A stretch of 64,000 nt of DNA from Zygnema circumcarinatum SAG 698-1b. Lineage: Eukaryota; Plantae; Zygnematophyceae. The stretch is from contig CM074818.1 of assembly GCA_037447605.1 (NCBI GenBank), forward strand, positions 2,400,501 to 2,464,500. The letters run 5' to 3'. Under the pieces are notes generated by a model. It did no database searches. It had not been told where the DNA came from and worked only from the letters and a program-made list of their open reading frames with translations. Made by a program: the position numbers and the translations under genes. Below are positions 26,901 through 39,683 of the stretch, piece by piece. Within the stretch, counting starts at the first letter, position 1; each line of letters starts with the position of its first letter.

Positions 26901-28472
26901 GACAGCCTTCTTCACATTGCTCTCCATCGTACCATACGGCTTTCGTTGCGGAATGCGGAGGAAAAAGAATATCTCCTCCAACAAACCCTAAAGCTCCAAT
27001 ACAAACAGAAAGAACCAAACAGAATTGGGGGGCGGGAGGGGGAGGGGGAGGGGGAGGGGGAGGGGGAGGGGGAGGGGGAGGGGGAGGGGGAGGGGGAGGG
27101 GGAGGGGGAGGGGGAGGGGGAGGGGGAGGGGGAGGGGGAGGGGGAGGGGGAGGGGGAGGGGGAGGGGGAGGGGGAGGGGGAGGGGAGGGGAGGGGAGGGG
27201 GAGGGGGAGGGGGAGGGGAGGGGAGGGGGAGGGGGAGGGGGAGGGGGAGGGGGAGGGGGAGGAGGAGGGGGCGGGGAGGGGGAGGAGGGGAGGGGAGGGG
27301 AGGGGGAGGGGGAGGGGGAGGGGGAGGGGGAGGAGGGGAGGGGGAGGGGAGGGAGAGGGGGAGGGAGAGGGGGAAGGGAGGGAAGGTGGGGCACCTGTGT
27401 GGTCTTCATGGTGGGATTGACTGCGGGAATGGAGCGGCGGAGTGCTACCTCGGCAGTCCGTGGGAGACGCGCCGTATCGGGCGAGTACAGCACTGCGTGT
27501 GCTGCTTCCGGGCCAAGCGTCCTGAACCCTGCGGCCGCCTCGGAGGGGCTCTCGGGGTTCAGGGGCGCCAGCGCCTGCAAGAGGGTGAGGGCCACGGCTG
27601 CTGCGGCAGCACCTGCTCGGCTGCGGGAGAACGGCTGTACCTGCAGCGTCGCCGAAATTTCTAGGGTTGTCAGGAAAGCCAGGAGGATATGGGGGTGGCA
27701 ATGTTGGCTTTGAAAGTTTTAGATTTTGACTCTGGTTTTGTGGTGAATAGTAGACGTCGGAAGGAAGACAAGGAAGGTAAGGGAACCCGGTGCACATCCA
27801 GCAAGCAAGCAAGGTGAGAAGTTACTATTGGGGCAACGCTTTACAATGACAATTACGAAACCAAAACATAACTTACGGAGATTGCATTGCAATTGCAGTG
27901 TGCAGCTTTTAGGACAGAGAGCTCTATGCCACCACAGATTTTAGCAAAAAAGTACAATTTGAGCAGTTCAGGGTTATGATGAACGTAGGGTTTGAAGGGT
28001 TGCGTCCTACCTCGGCTGCTGCAGGTCCGCCCGCCTCACCACTGTGGCTGCTGTCCCCCATGGCAGCTCTCACACTCCACGAATTCGCGCGACGTTGCGA
28101 CGCCATGGCCGTCGGCTTCTCTCCCGAGCGGAGGGAGCTCCATGACGTCCCTGCAGTCTTGAAGCCTCTCCTCGCCTCTCCAAAGCACAGCGAAGCCATT
28201 GTCGCGGCAACCGCATGGTCGCTCCTGCTGCAGGAACAGCATACAGAGGATTCTCTGTGCGAAGAGGAGGAAAAACCTAGAAACCTTTCAGGACAGCAGG
28301 ATAAAGGAGCGGGTATCCGCTATGGCGGCCGTTGCAAAGCCGGTCCGCGACCCCTCCTGCGGCAGAGGAAAGAAGCATACCTTGAGGCGACATGGCGGGC
28401 AGTTGAAGAACGGCGAGCGGGTAGGACAGCAGCGGAGGAGAGCTGACCCGTGGCAGCAGGAGCAAACGCCAT
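23910..28472 (-). CDS. CYP37: Chloroplast thylakoid peptidyl-prolyl cis-trans isomerase CYP37
   Basis: Transit-like start MAFAPAATGQLSSAAVLPARR, then AVLYSPDTARLPRTAEVALRRSIP, MVLDGYSAPITAGNFAALV, LPLEIMPLG..PMYRTPLDVQ, DGEIPVIPMSVFGAVAMSH, QFFVYLYDKRN, SGLGGLSFDEGQFSVFG and YVTKGKELLSQLKTGDVIQSARLLSGQDKLVVP. Confidence 0.93.
27027..27390. repeat. Long (GGGGAG)n-type polypurine tract in a CYP37 intron
   Basis: About 360 bp almost purely G/A, mainly GGGGAG hexamers. It produces the spurious Gly/Glu/Pro-Ser ORFs in the track. Confidence 0.95.
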
Positions 28473-28622
28473 GGCGCCACGTGGCGCTTCCTCGCCCGCG
28501 ACCGCTCCTTCCCTCGAGCTGCGCTCTGGGATGCGTACGGTCACGGTACGGAACCGCGTCACGTCACGGCACTCGTCTGCGGCGGAGCAGATGCAGGTCT
28601 CCCTCCCCCCCTGGCTCTTTCT

Positions 28623-28624
<2 letters not shown>

Positions 28625-28662
<38 letters not shown>
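28625..28662. repeat. (CT)n microsatellite between CYP37 and the hydrolase
   Basis: The tandem CT run is directly visible. Confidence 0.95.
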
Positions 28663-28665
<3 letters not shown>

Positions 28666-28833
28666 CTCTCTCCCTCCCTCCCCTCCCCCTCTCTCTCCTC
28701 CGTCCCTCGCCTCCCTCTCCTCCCTCTCCTCCCTCGCCTCTCTCCAGCACAGTATCGGCGGAAGCGGAAAGTCGGTACCCTGAAGGTCGCTGCTGTCCGC
28801 ACCGCAGCGCGGGGGGTCCGCTCGCAGACCGGG

Positions 28834-30123
28834 ATGCGCTCCATGGCGTGCCAGCTGGCGTCCAGCGACGGCGTGCAGCTGTCAGTGCGGGAGTGGTTGC
28901 CGCAGCCGGGCCCTGCCCCTGGCGCGCCGCGTGTCCCGGCGGTGTTGGTGCACCAGTACTCTCTGCTGGGAGGCTCTCAGCAGCTCATGAAAGGCCTCGC
29001 CTTGGAACTGAATCGACATGGCTTCAGGTATGCATGTTTACTTTCTTTTTAGGGCTTTTTCTTATGTTTCTACTTCATTTTTTTTTTTTTTTTTTTTTTT
29101 TCGTATATTTCTGGCCAAAAATGGAGCAATGGATTCTATAGGAGCTAAATTGCAGTCATCCAACTGTAATGCCGATGCGTCCTATTCTATGGCATCCCTC
29201 CCTTTGAAGCCTGAAACTCCTCCATACTCCTCGAAGGCCCTGAGGAGCCCATTGATGTGTGGATGGGGTTGGGGTATCTCGTCTCTCTCTCTTTCTCTCA
29301 ATCTCTCTTCTCTCACAGCTGCGTGACTTTTGACATGAGAGGGGTGGGGGGCTCCACGGGCCGCGCAACCATCACTGGGCAGGCGGAGGTTCGTGATGTA
29401 GAGGCCGTCTGCAGATGGGCAGCGCAGAAATATCAGCAAAAAGTTTTGCTCATCGGGTCGTCTGCAGGTGGGTGGAACCTTTTCTAATTTAGCGGCGAAC
29501 CTCCTGATGGTTAGCGTAAAGCCGCTATGAAACGAATGCAGAATGCTGATTGCCGAATGCTTTTATTGGAAAGAAGAAACTCAAAAGAGGCATCTAAAAC
29601 TTAGTGTGCTTTGTGTAAAGCCTCATCCTTCTTGTGCGCCTCTTATTTTTCTCGGCTGTGAGCAGTTTAGTTAAGGAGGTTGTGTGATCGAGCAAACCTT
29701 AACACACCTTTCATCCCTCTCGTCCTTTCTGCCTCCCTGCCTCCCTGCCTCCCTTCCTCCCTCCCACCAGGAGCTCCAATTGCTGGCTCTGCAGTTGATC
29801 ATATGGAGGAGGTGATGGGCTATGTGGGCATTGGCTACACCTTCGGCTGGTGGTCGTCCATCTTGTTCGGGAGCCACTACAAGGCGATTCTGCGGTCCTC
29901 CAAGCCCAAGCTGTTCATTATGGGCACAACAGATGGCTTCACAACTGTTAAGCAGTTCAAGGCGAGGATGAGTGAAGCGGGCGGACCCACCAAGTACGAA
30001 CTCGTCGACAATGTTGGCCATTTTGAATTGGAGGCTCCGCATTATGACCAGTATTTGGCCGGCAAGATCGCTACTTTTTATGAGGAGGTAACTGCACATC
30101 GAGACGATGAGATTAGTCAATAA
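28834..30123 (+). CDS. Alpha/beta hydrolase (At5g19630-like)
   Basis: VLVHQYSLLGG, VTFDMRGVGGSTG, LLIGSSAG (nucleophile elbow), PKLFIMGTTDGFT (acid) and VGHFELE (His) lie in three exons. The start is at ATG 28834 or 28843. Confidence 0.88.
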
Positions 30124-31438
30124 AATGGAATGGATGTCCGTCCTTGAAAGCCGGAAAGTTCCTGAAAGTCCTCGAATTGCCAGCCATTCTTAAGCGCCTG
30201 AGCAGCACGCGGCCTCCTTCGGTGTAGATATGAACAGTTTGCTGGCAGCCCTTTGCATGATCCCTCGCGCATGTACTACGCAAAGCGGTTTTTGTCAGTC
30301 AGTTGTCTTTTCTTTGGACCATGGCACTCGCATTTCACCTCATAGATGTGCTAAGTTCATGACCTTGTAAATCGAGGTTAAGAATTTTGGCACGTGCCGT
30401 GTTCTACATGCCGCACAATGTACGTAGAATTAAGTGCCAGGAACGACCTAATGCAAGAGGTTGGGTAATGTTGCCTGGACAACTCTGGGAGCAGAGGTCA
30501 TACCGGCGCAGTGGCTCTACTTTCACTCGCGCTCAACATGTATAATAGTTCTGGAAGCCTAAACTGTTTGTGATCGTTAAACAGTCGCCAAAATCCTGAC
30601 GTGAAAGTAAAATGTAGTTAGAGCCAATTCAGCATCAGCAAATTAAATTCCATCTTAAGACGACCAAAGCTATTTCCCATCTTATTCTCGTTGAATCGAA
30701 GTGTGAGAACAACCAGAATAACAGATTGTTTCAACTTCCTTCGTGGGTCAACATATTTTAGATGTCGTCGACACCCTGACAGTGGCATGGTCTGGGTCTG
30801 ATGCTTTTCCAGCCATATAACAACGAGGGATCCTGCAAGTCGTCTTTTGCTAATTCCTGCTTCCACGCATTGTAAACATTTTCGTATTTTCCAAACGAAA
30901 GACAGCCTTTGCATTTGCTTGCATCGTTCGTATCTGAAGGCGTTGAACCAAAATGCCATACATTTCCTCACAACTGTACACCCAAGGCCGGATTCGAAAG
31001 CAAAGCAACAAACGTGTCCTGCAGATGCATGGGACACTCACGAGCAGCCTGTGGCCTTAGGCTTCGAGTAGGCATCCACATGGCTTCCTAACCCTGCTTT
31101 ATGGCCACTTCTCTTTCAAACGGTTCCCGAGGCAGATTCTGAGTCCGGCCCCAATAGCTTGTGCTCTGATGTGGCATTCGACGGCCGGTCCTTTCTCGGC
31201 CATTCCGAAGACGGGGGCGTGCCCTTTAAAGTGGAAAGCACACGGGCCATATCGGGGAGCCTCTCCTGCAACATCAATAAGCGCAGACGCAATATCAGGG
31301 GAGGGAGAGAAAAAGAGAATGGGAAGGAGGGAGGGAGAGAGGGAGAGTGGGTAGGTAGTAGGTGGGTGGTATGTACGTGGGTGGATGAAATGGGGCGTGG
31401 GAAACTAACAAGGGCAGCTATTCCTCCAATTTTGCATC

Positions 31439-34400
31439 CTATGAGGCACAGCTTCTACGTTCGAGTGGGAATGATAAGATCCTACGGCTCACCTGGAGGA
31501 GCAGTAAGTTTGAAGCCTCGTCCCGCAGTCTCCTCGGCAACCTCGGGACCCCACGACTGCCACTTGACGCATTCCCTCCGTGGCCCGAAGCAGCAGCTCC
31601 TGCCTCCTCCTCCGCGGCTTCAAATGTTTCAGTGGCGGCAGCAGCAGCCATGGCCTGCGCTTCCTCCTTCTCTCTATCAGATGGAGCCAACTCCAGCTGC
31701 TCCTTGATAAGCTCATATCGTTTCATTACTTCTTGACGTCTGCACACACAAGTTCATCACATAACAGCCGGCAGCTTAATCATTATGTTCTACTCCATCG
31801 AGAATCCACGATAAGCCTGTCTGCAGCCATTGCTGAAAATAAAAAAAGGGAGGGGATGATGGAAGTCCTACTTGATAGAGAATGAGGAGGGAAAGAAGTT
31901 CGGAAAGTAGCGTTGAAGAAACGAAAAGACAAGTACATGCCCAACAGGCGTAATGGGAGCAATGAGAATGATGGAGAAAGGAATCAACACCAACACATCC
32001 TTTGCAGTCCTTCGCACTGTTTGAACCTGTCAAGCAAGACAAAGCACAGTTTAAATTTCAAGCAACCCTGTCTATTATCACTGGTCGATGGACGCCCAAA
32101 CGCATAGGAGGATTCCAAAAAACTCCTCATTCACTATTCATCTTCTCAAATGCTAGATGCACATTAAAGAAAGGGCAGCTTACCTGAACAGCAATTGCCT
32201 TCAAATATTCTATCTTCTAACAGTTTTGTTCGATAATCTTGGAAGACCATGAGAGCCCATTTGAAGCCAGCATACAAAACAGTCTTTCAAAATACGACAA
32301 CTATACTTATGTCCCATTGCACCCTAGACTGCGCCTGACTGCTCATTTGCCGGAGTGAAGAAGCTTGGAAATACCTCTCGTGGCTTCAATGTTGTGCCGA
32401 ACACAGCTGCCCAGAAAAGTCGTAGCGAATAAGAAATATCACCTCCAAGTAGACGCATTCCTCTCCAGTAGAAAGAGCTGCCTGCTCGAAGCTTACTCAA
32501 ACTGTCCTGGTAAGCCAATACAGCTCTCTGTTGTACAGGAATAGAGGCCTCCTCCATGATGCCAAGGCGATTCTTTAAATCTGCACATCAGTTACTAGGA
32601 TGTTATTAGGTACTCAATTGGTCCAAAAGGCTTTTTTTCGCCAGCAACTAATGCCAATCAGGGTCTCCAAATCTACCAGCTAATTGAAAGGCAGATCCCC
32701 TTTTCCTCCCTTTCCAAGTGGAGTCCGCCCTCGCACCTGGAATGTCGGTCGCCAGCATCTCCAGCTCCTCGTCGTCCACAAGAATGGCCTCGCGTCGCTC
32801 CACTGCGATCCGCAGCCGAGACAAGTCTGCGTCCAACAGCCCGAACTCGGCCACGAGAAGAGACTCCTCTTCGTCCGTCCGCACATCCTCTGCAGCACTT
32901 GGAGACGAGTGGAGACAATGAGGGGAAGGAGAGAAGTAGGAGGGTGGAAGGAGGAACGAAGAGAGAGACTGACGAGAAGTCAGAACAGCGTCCGTGAACA
33001 GCCTGGAGAGGTAACATAAGGTAACGAAATGTTTACTAAGGTGAGCCTGGATTATCTCTGACCTAAGTTTCTGGAGTCTGAGCCCATCTGTATGACAGCA
33101 ACGGAGGAGGAGACGCTCCACATAGGAAGGGCAAGGGAATTGACGAATTGTCTCAAGTTGCTGTGCTAGATACAGTAAGGAGCTCATGTATATATGCTCA
33201 TATCGCACTTTGGACCCTAAACGATGGGTGGTGGCAAATTGCTCAACAGCTTATGCAATACCAGCATAATAAGCCTGTAACCCTGGTTGCTGAAAGCCTG
33301 CTTATTACTCTATGTGGACATTTGCTACTTGATTTTTACATATTGGGCGTCAATATGACTATACCCTCCAAAAGGTATTAAAGGAACCCACAGGAAGGCT
33401 TACTAGGGACGTTTGTCGATACACAGCTACTGAGGCGAATATTGACAGCCTTAAGATTATCACAATATACTGCGGAATTCTGAGGACCTCGGAAACCCAA
33501 GCGTGCTGAGGCAGGCACAGGGAGTAGAACCTGATCCGGACGTATCAAGAAGCTCCGCTTCAAGTGTGAGATATATCAAAGCCATTTCCACTTGCAATGT
33601 TCGCACAGCCAACTCCTTCCGAACTTCATTCACCTGTTTTTTCCCCAACATCCCTAAATGAAGTAACTGGCTCAACCTCCACTATTCAGGTTGGCAGCGC
33701 CGAAACATCCACTGAAGGAAAAGGTTTGTGGATAGGAAGCAAAGGTAAAATATAGGATAACCTTTCTACTTAACAATACATACAAAACGGTGAGACTTAA
33801 GATCTAAGACCATCTTTTCAAAATGCTTTGATAGAACGCAGACAAAAGGAAAATGGAAGAAGGACGTTCCTACAGAAGTTCAAAGATCAATTGTCCTCCA
33901 AACACAAACGACCTTGCATTATTGGAAGTGAATGGACGGCAGGCGTTGTGAATGTCATACCTCATCATCCATCGATCGAATCTCAGAGGCGAGTCGAGTT
34001 CGTGCGAGCACATTATTCTGACGCAGCCGCTGCTCTCTGTTCCTGCTCACTTCCCCTAGCTTCTTATCCAAAGCCTCAACCTGCCATCACAGGTTGTCAA
34101 TCCACTTCAGCGTATGGTCACACAGGAATGCCTGGCTGCAGCATTAAGGGAAGGTAAGGGGAATAGAGAGACAATTCCGTAAATTCCACTTCACCCTTCT
34201 AAGCAGACGATAAAAAGTACCACACACTGCAGACTGCATACTCGGTCTGACTCCACTGCAGACTCGGTTTGAATACTTCCCTCCTTTGTTTAAACATTAG
34301 CATTCAATTCATTCTATTTACTTCGAAGAAGAAGGCGAGCTGCATACCTCAAGGATGAGGGCTAGTTTCTTCTCCCCCTCCTGCGGCCGAACCGATGTAG

Positions 34401-37400
34401 GACGAGGCAAGCCGGCCATCACCGGCTCTTGCTGAGATGGATCTGGTCGGCCGTTGAGTCGAAGCCAGACGGCTTCTATTGCACGAACCACGTTCAATGA
34501 ATGCTGCACACAAAGGACTCTAATCTGCATTTAGCTTCAAGAGGACGTTGAGAAAGAGACACTTCCAACCCACCCCCTCGCTCGCCCTCCCCCTCCTCCC
34601 ATTCCCTTTCGCTGCCTCGTCCTTAGGCCACATTCTCCCCCTGTTCAGTTTCTCCCCACTTCTTCCCAGCCCCCAACTCCAAACCCACTCAACCCTCTAG
34701 CGCCCCCAGACTGACCACACTGTCTCCACGACACTTTTCCCTTTCTACCCTCCCTACCTCCCTCTTCTTCCCCTATAACTCCTTCCACCCTCCCTTGCCC
34801 AAACTCTCCTCGGTTGCACCATGGCCATCCACTAAGAGGAGGTGAAAGGAAAACTAACCCGTTGTAGGATGTGGAGGTTAAACCGAGAGAGGTCCACAGA
34901 TGCAAAGTTTTGCTTGAATCGGTCTAAAAATTGGCTAGTATCCGGTAGACTCTCCAGCCTTCTCAGTAATCGTGCCTGTTTACAACAAACTCGTTCATGT
35001 TACATATAACCAGTACAGACTTCTAGTTGATGTTGAACTATGTTGCATGTCGCATGAGCCCCAAAACTACAACCATAATCATCATTGCCCCACGGTGACT
35101 CCCCCAACAGGGACAAACATACAAGCAAAAACTTAGCGTGCAAAGTGCCCTGGGAAGCCAGCTATGGCTGTCGTCTCAAAGGAGCCAAAAAAAGCAACGA
35201 GTGCTCGCTTAGAACAACGACATACGGCTCCTACGTGTTGTCAATATTCGTTTTAAGTGTTAATTGCGTCCAAAAAGAAAAGATTTCGGGTACACGTCTT
35301 TCGAGAAAAATACTTCAATAGAAGCAGCCGGTTTCCTATCTTTTTTCTCTGTGAATTCTTGCCTGAAACATGATTTTGTGCATGCGTTAAGCTGAAAAGA
35401 AATCAACTATTGTATTGTTGTCATTCTTACAGCGCCTTCCGGTTTAAACCCTTGAGCTTGCTTTCGATCCAGTTCATTCAGCCAGAGTGTTAAGATTCTT
35501 CCAATCCAGCTGCTGACGCTATACTAAAGCAACATTCGTAGCCATTCAAATGGTGAAGACTGCAAAAATACAGCACCTGCACATTGGAGTTCTGCTCTAG
35601 CTCCAGTCGGCTTTGTTCCTCCTTCAGCTGCAGAGCGCTTTCCCTATCCTCGCTGCTCAAAATCCCCTCCACTCGGTCAGCTTGCTTTTCCAGCCTATCC
35701 GCTAGTGCCACCACGATATCCACAACCACCTGTTCAGCTGAGGGATCACCCTGCCAACATCAAATAATTACGTCTCGATGTGAGAAACGCCAAGCTCCAA
35801 AATATTGATAAGCTAGAATCTACATGCAGTTCTCGCCATGCATCAACAACAGCATCAAACGTGATACAGTTCTGACAGCACCTAGCCACCATGACCTAGG
35901 ACTTATATCGACGTACCTAATTCTGGCTAGGGTTTGCAACCCTGTGCGTACAGGCATCTTCTTATCAACCAACCAAAAAATATAGGATGACTTTCTTATT
36001 GCATTTGAAAGTCGTTTACTACGCTGAGTATACCTTCCAAACATTTGATTAATGCACAAGATAACGGAACCATAAGGAACCTAGTACAAAACCATTGCTG
36101 GAGAAGATACTGGAGTTGTATTTTACTTTCGGACTAATGGCCATGCTTAAAAGAGTGTAAAAGGTAAGAAATGCATCAAAAGGTGCCGTTCAGACAGAAA
36201 TTTTATCCAGACAAGGCATGGTCCGCTTGAAAATCAGATACTTAAAACTGACCACTGTTACTACCACGGCACTTCGATGCGAAATTACGTTACAAAATGT
36301 TGTCCACATCCCTCAAACTAACAGGTGACATTCAAGTCTAAGTGCATGACACAATGACTTTCTCTTATCCCCTCTCAAGTAGGCTTCTAATTCCTTCAGA
36401 AACGACATGCCAGTTAATCCAACATAACGTTGATATCCTGACGGCCTCGCAATTCGTAGACCACCTGCGAGTGATTCTGTGAGGTGAAGTGTCTCAATCT
36501 TCACTCTTCTAATTATGATTCTCACAAGGCCCTTTAAGCTTAAATGATTTTGAGCCTTGGATAATGTGAATTTAAAGGCATCTGTGCGAAGAAAAAGTGA
36601 GATTATGCATCCTGTTGTGAATTATCTTTATGCAGTCACCTGAAACACTAATGCAAGTCGTCCATCAAATCCCGTGAGAACCCTTCGAAGTCCGTCGGCC
36701 ACCTCCCGAATGTCCTCCGCAAATTCAAGGACCTCCAATGGAGTGTTCGCAATAAGCTCCACATCTGCTGCCACTCCCGACTGCCTCCGCCACTCCCTCC
36801 CGAGCCAATCCCTCGCTTTTCTCCGAGTTTTCTTAAACTTTTTTTCGACATCGTCCTCTGAATCCGCCTCTGCAGCCAGCTTCGGCGGCGCCATGCTTAG
36901 TATACGCTCCGAACGCACTACGTCTCTGTACAATCGTCTCAAAAGAACTAAGATTTGAAGCCTCTGCAGGCGGCCAGAAACTTCCGCCTTGACAGCGACG
37001 CTGATTTCATCATCTGAATCTTGCGGCATTCTTCCCAAGGTGGAAAGGGAGTTCGAGTATGTTTCAGTGACTTTGCCAGCCAGTTCACCATTACCGACAT
37101 TTTGAACCGAGGATGAGCCTTCCTCCGAACGTTTCGTTGAGGACCCATTCTCAGAAGTTCCTGCTTCATTTGAAAACTCGGTGACAAGGTTACTGCTCTC
37201 AAGCGCGCAGACAATAACATTCCTATTCACTCTGGGCACATGGCAGTCCTCATCACTCCGGTCTGCTGGTCTCAACAGAAAGCGGCGGCCTTTTGGTGAG
37301 GCAGAAAGAGGCAGAGACCCAGTCCCCGGCAGCATAGAGCGACACGTAGTCGGAGAATACTCAAGTTCACCGGCGTTGAAAAAAATGCCATAAGCACTTG

Positions 37401-37629
37401 CGATGTTTTGGGAGTGGCGCCCCAATATTTGCGTTGCATTGAAGCGATTGCTTTCAATAGCATTGCCACCTCTGACAGGGGCCTGGCCAAGGGCCACGCT
37501 CGACCAATGATTGTGACAGCTGCTTTCAACACGCCTTAAATCCCTAACAGTACCATCGATATCCGGCCTGCCAAGCGCGCCAAGTGCAGACTTGGCTGAC
37601 AGAGTGCCGTTCACAAATACTGCTTGCAT
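31439..37629 (-). CDS. Plastid-type LETM1-like (ribosome-binding domain) coiled-coil protein
   Basis: Large first exon (ORF 36628-37632) and coiled-coil exons. The C-terminal LETM1 region reads [34 protein letters not shown] / [50 protein letters not shown] / RQEVMKRYE. The exact 3' end is uncertain. Confidence 0.8.
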
Positions 37630-39683
37630 CACTGCACCTCTGGCTGCTCCTCCTTATTCAACGTACTTCAAGGATGCTGCTGCTGCGGCCTGTCTGCGAG
37701 CATTCAGCAACCGCGCTGTCCTACTCCCTCCTGCAACGGATGCCCGCGGCCGCCCTTTAGGGTTCGCCGCCTGGCCGCCCGCCCGCCGTGGGCAGGAGCC
37801 CGCCACGCTGCGGGCCACAAATCCGCCGCGTGGCGCAGAGGGCCCGATCGCCACGTGGCCCAATAGGACCGCGCCTGGACCCCCGCTTACCGTACGGCTC
37901 GTGACATGATCCGTACTGCACCGTACATCGTGTCACGGGGCCCTGCATCGGGACCGCTTTTGGTACGGCACCCGTACAGGCCCACTCCACGGTCAAACCT
38001 TGGCGGCTAGCGGGTCAGGCCATGCCTCAGGTAGGACGGTGCCAACGAGGAGGTTCCATGGACGCGATCCAGTTCAGTCGAGGAAAACTGGATGTGGCAC
38101 GAAGCACCATTTCCAGTTGCACTGCTTGTCAATATCGCGAGCATGGAGATCTCTGTACAGCGATACTGCCGCAAATTTTTATTTTATTTTATTTTTTTGA
38201 ATAAAATGATCTTTGGGTGATTTCGTTTTGTCGGGGGCGGGTCCCGTTTGGCGCGGGGTGAAGTGTCCCCGAAGGTTCTCGCCGCGGTCCCACCGCCGGA
38301 GAACGCGGCACGGCAGGGCAGGGTGGCGTCGTCTTCAGTACTACCAAATACCGAAGAACATTGCTTTAGAAGTTAGAACATAGACGTTTGGCACGAGGAT
38401 CGCGATGTCTACAGTGAGTCCTTGTTGGTTGCCAGAAGGAAGGAAGTGCTTCAGGGCGACTGCTGATTTCCTTTTTTATTTTTGGAACTCGGCTTTGCCC
38501 TGCCCTGCCCTCCCCTCATTGGTCCGCACCTTATCCGAAGTCAATACACACGTGTCAACGGCGCCCTCTGACAGAGCTCTGACCCAGCAGGCGGCCCTGT
38601 CCACGTCAGCCAGTCCAGGCTGGACGAATCCCTGCGCCTCCCTGCGCGTGCAAGCAAGGACCACGTGTCGCCGGGCGGGCGGGCGGCCCAGTCGGTGTGC
38701 GGGCGGCTGTACTCTGTACGGCCTCGGCTGCGCGCCACGCCGTACGAGGGAGGGAGGGGATCCGGACCAATTTGCCGCCGTACCGCATTCCGGGCAGCCG
38801 CTGCTGCCCGAGAAAAGCCTCCTGCCGCCCGGGCCCCCTTAGGCAGAGGCCAAGGGGGGCAGCGATGCGAAACTTGTCGGCTGCCCGTTCCGGGCGGCTG
38901 TCGCGGTGCGGTTTGGCGGCGGCGGATCCCGAGGGGGTACGGCATCCACGGGCGGCGCGATCGTATTGCCGATATGCCGATATATCGCACCTTTCCGGGC
39001 ACGGCCACCTGAGGCGCGACTGGCAGGCAGGCAGGCAGGCAGGTCATGGCGACTGCAGGGGAGGGCGCCTGAGAAAGGGAGAGAGGGATTGAGGAGGGAG
39101 GGGGAAAGGGGGAGAGAGAGCACTCTCATCTTTGTATGTGGCAACGTGCCGCGTTGACAATATGAGATTTGACAGTCGACGGACGGAGGGATAGGGCGCT
39201 GGAAAGCACGATTAGGGCTAGCGAGCAGGAGTAGGACCGTTACGTTGTTGAAACTTTGAGGACGAGCGCAGGATTTGGCTTGCAGGGACTGCTTGCCTAT
39301 TCAGAAATTGTGATTTTATGGTTCCAAAAGGGTTGATAGACAAGTGCAGCGGTCGTTACTGCGTAAACTGAAGGTCCAATGATCAACTGAAAGTCCATAT
39401 TTTGGAAGCGGAGGGTTGCCCGGAACGGGCTGCTCGCATGGGCGAGCAGTATGGTTGCATATTCTGGCTGCTTGTTGTCGACATTCAACGAGCTTTCGGC
39501 AAATTGCAGTGAACGTTTTGTCTGCTCTCGCTTGTCGAAGGATTCTTCAGCAGGACGGTGCTTGCATACGGTTAATTGCTGTCTCCGCAAAGGCTTCAAG
39601 AGCTCTTGGAGAAGGAGAAGGGGGGCCCTTAGAGCTGGTTGAAAGAGTGTTTCTAGAGTTTCCCTTCTTTAGAACTACCGGAG

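Noticed and set aside
26867-27812. Long Gly-, Gly-Glu-, Gly-Arg- and Pro-Ser-rich ORFs (extensin-like appearance)
   Set aside because: They are six-frame read-through of the intronic (GGGGAG)n tract. Only the AVLYSPDT exon belongs to CYP37.
30618-31037. Possible LINE fragment (LYGWKSI in one frame)
   Set aside because: A single weak motif with no reverse transcriptase or endonuclease signature around it.
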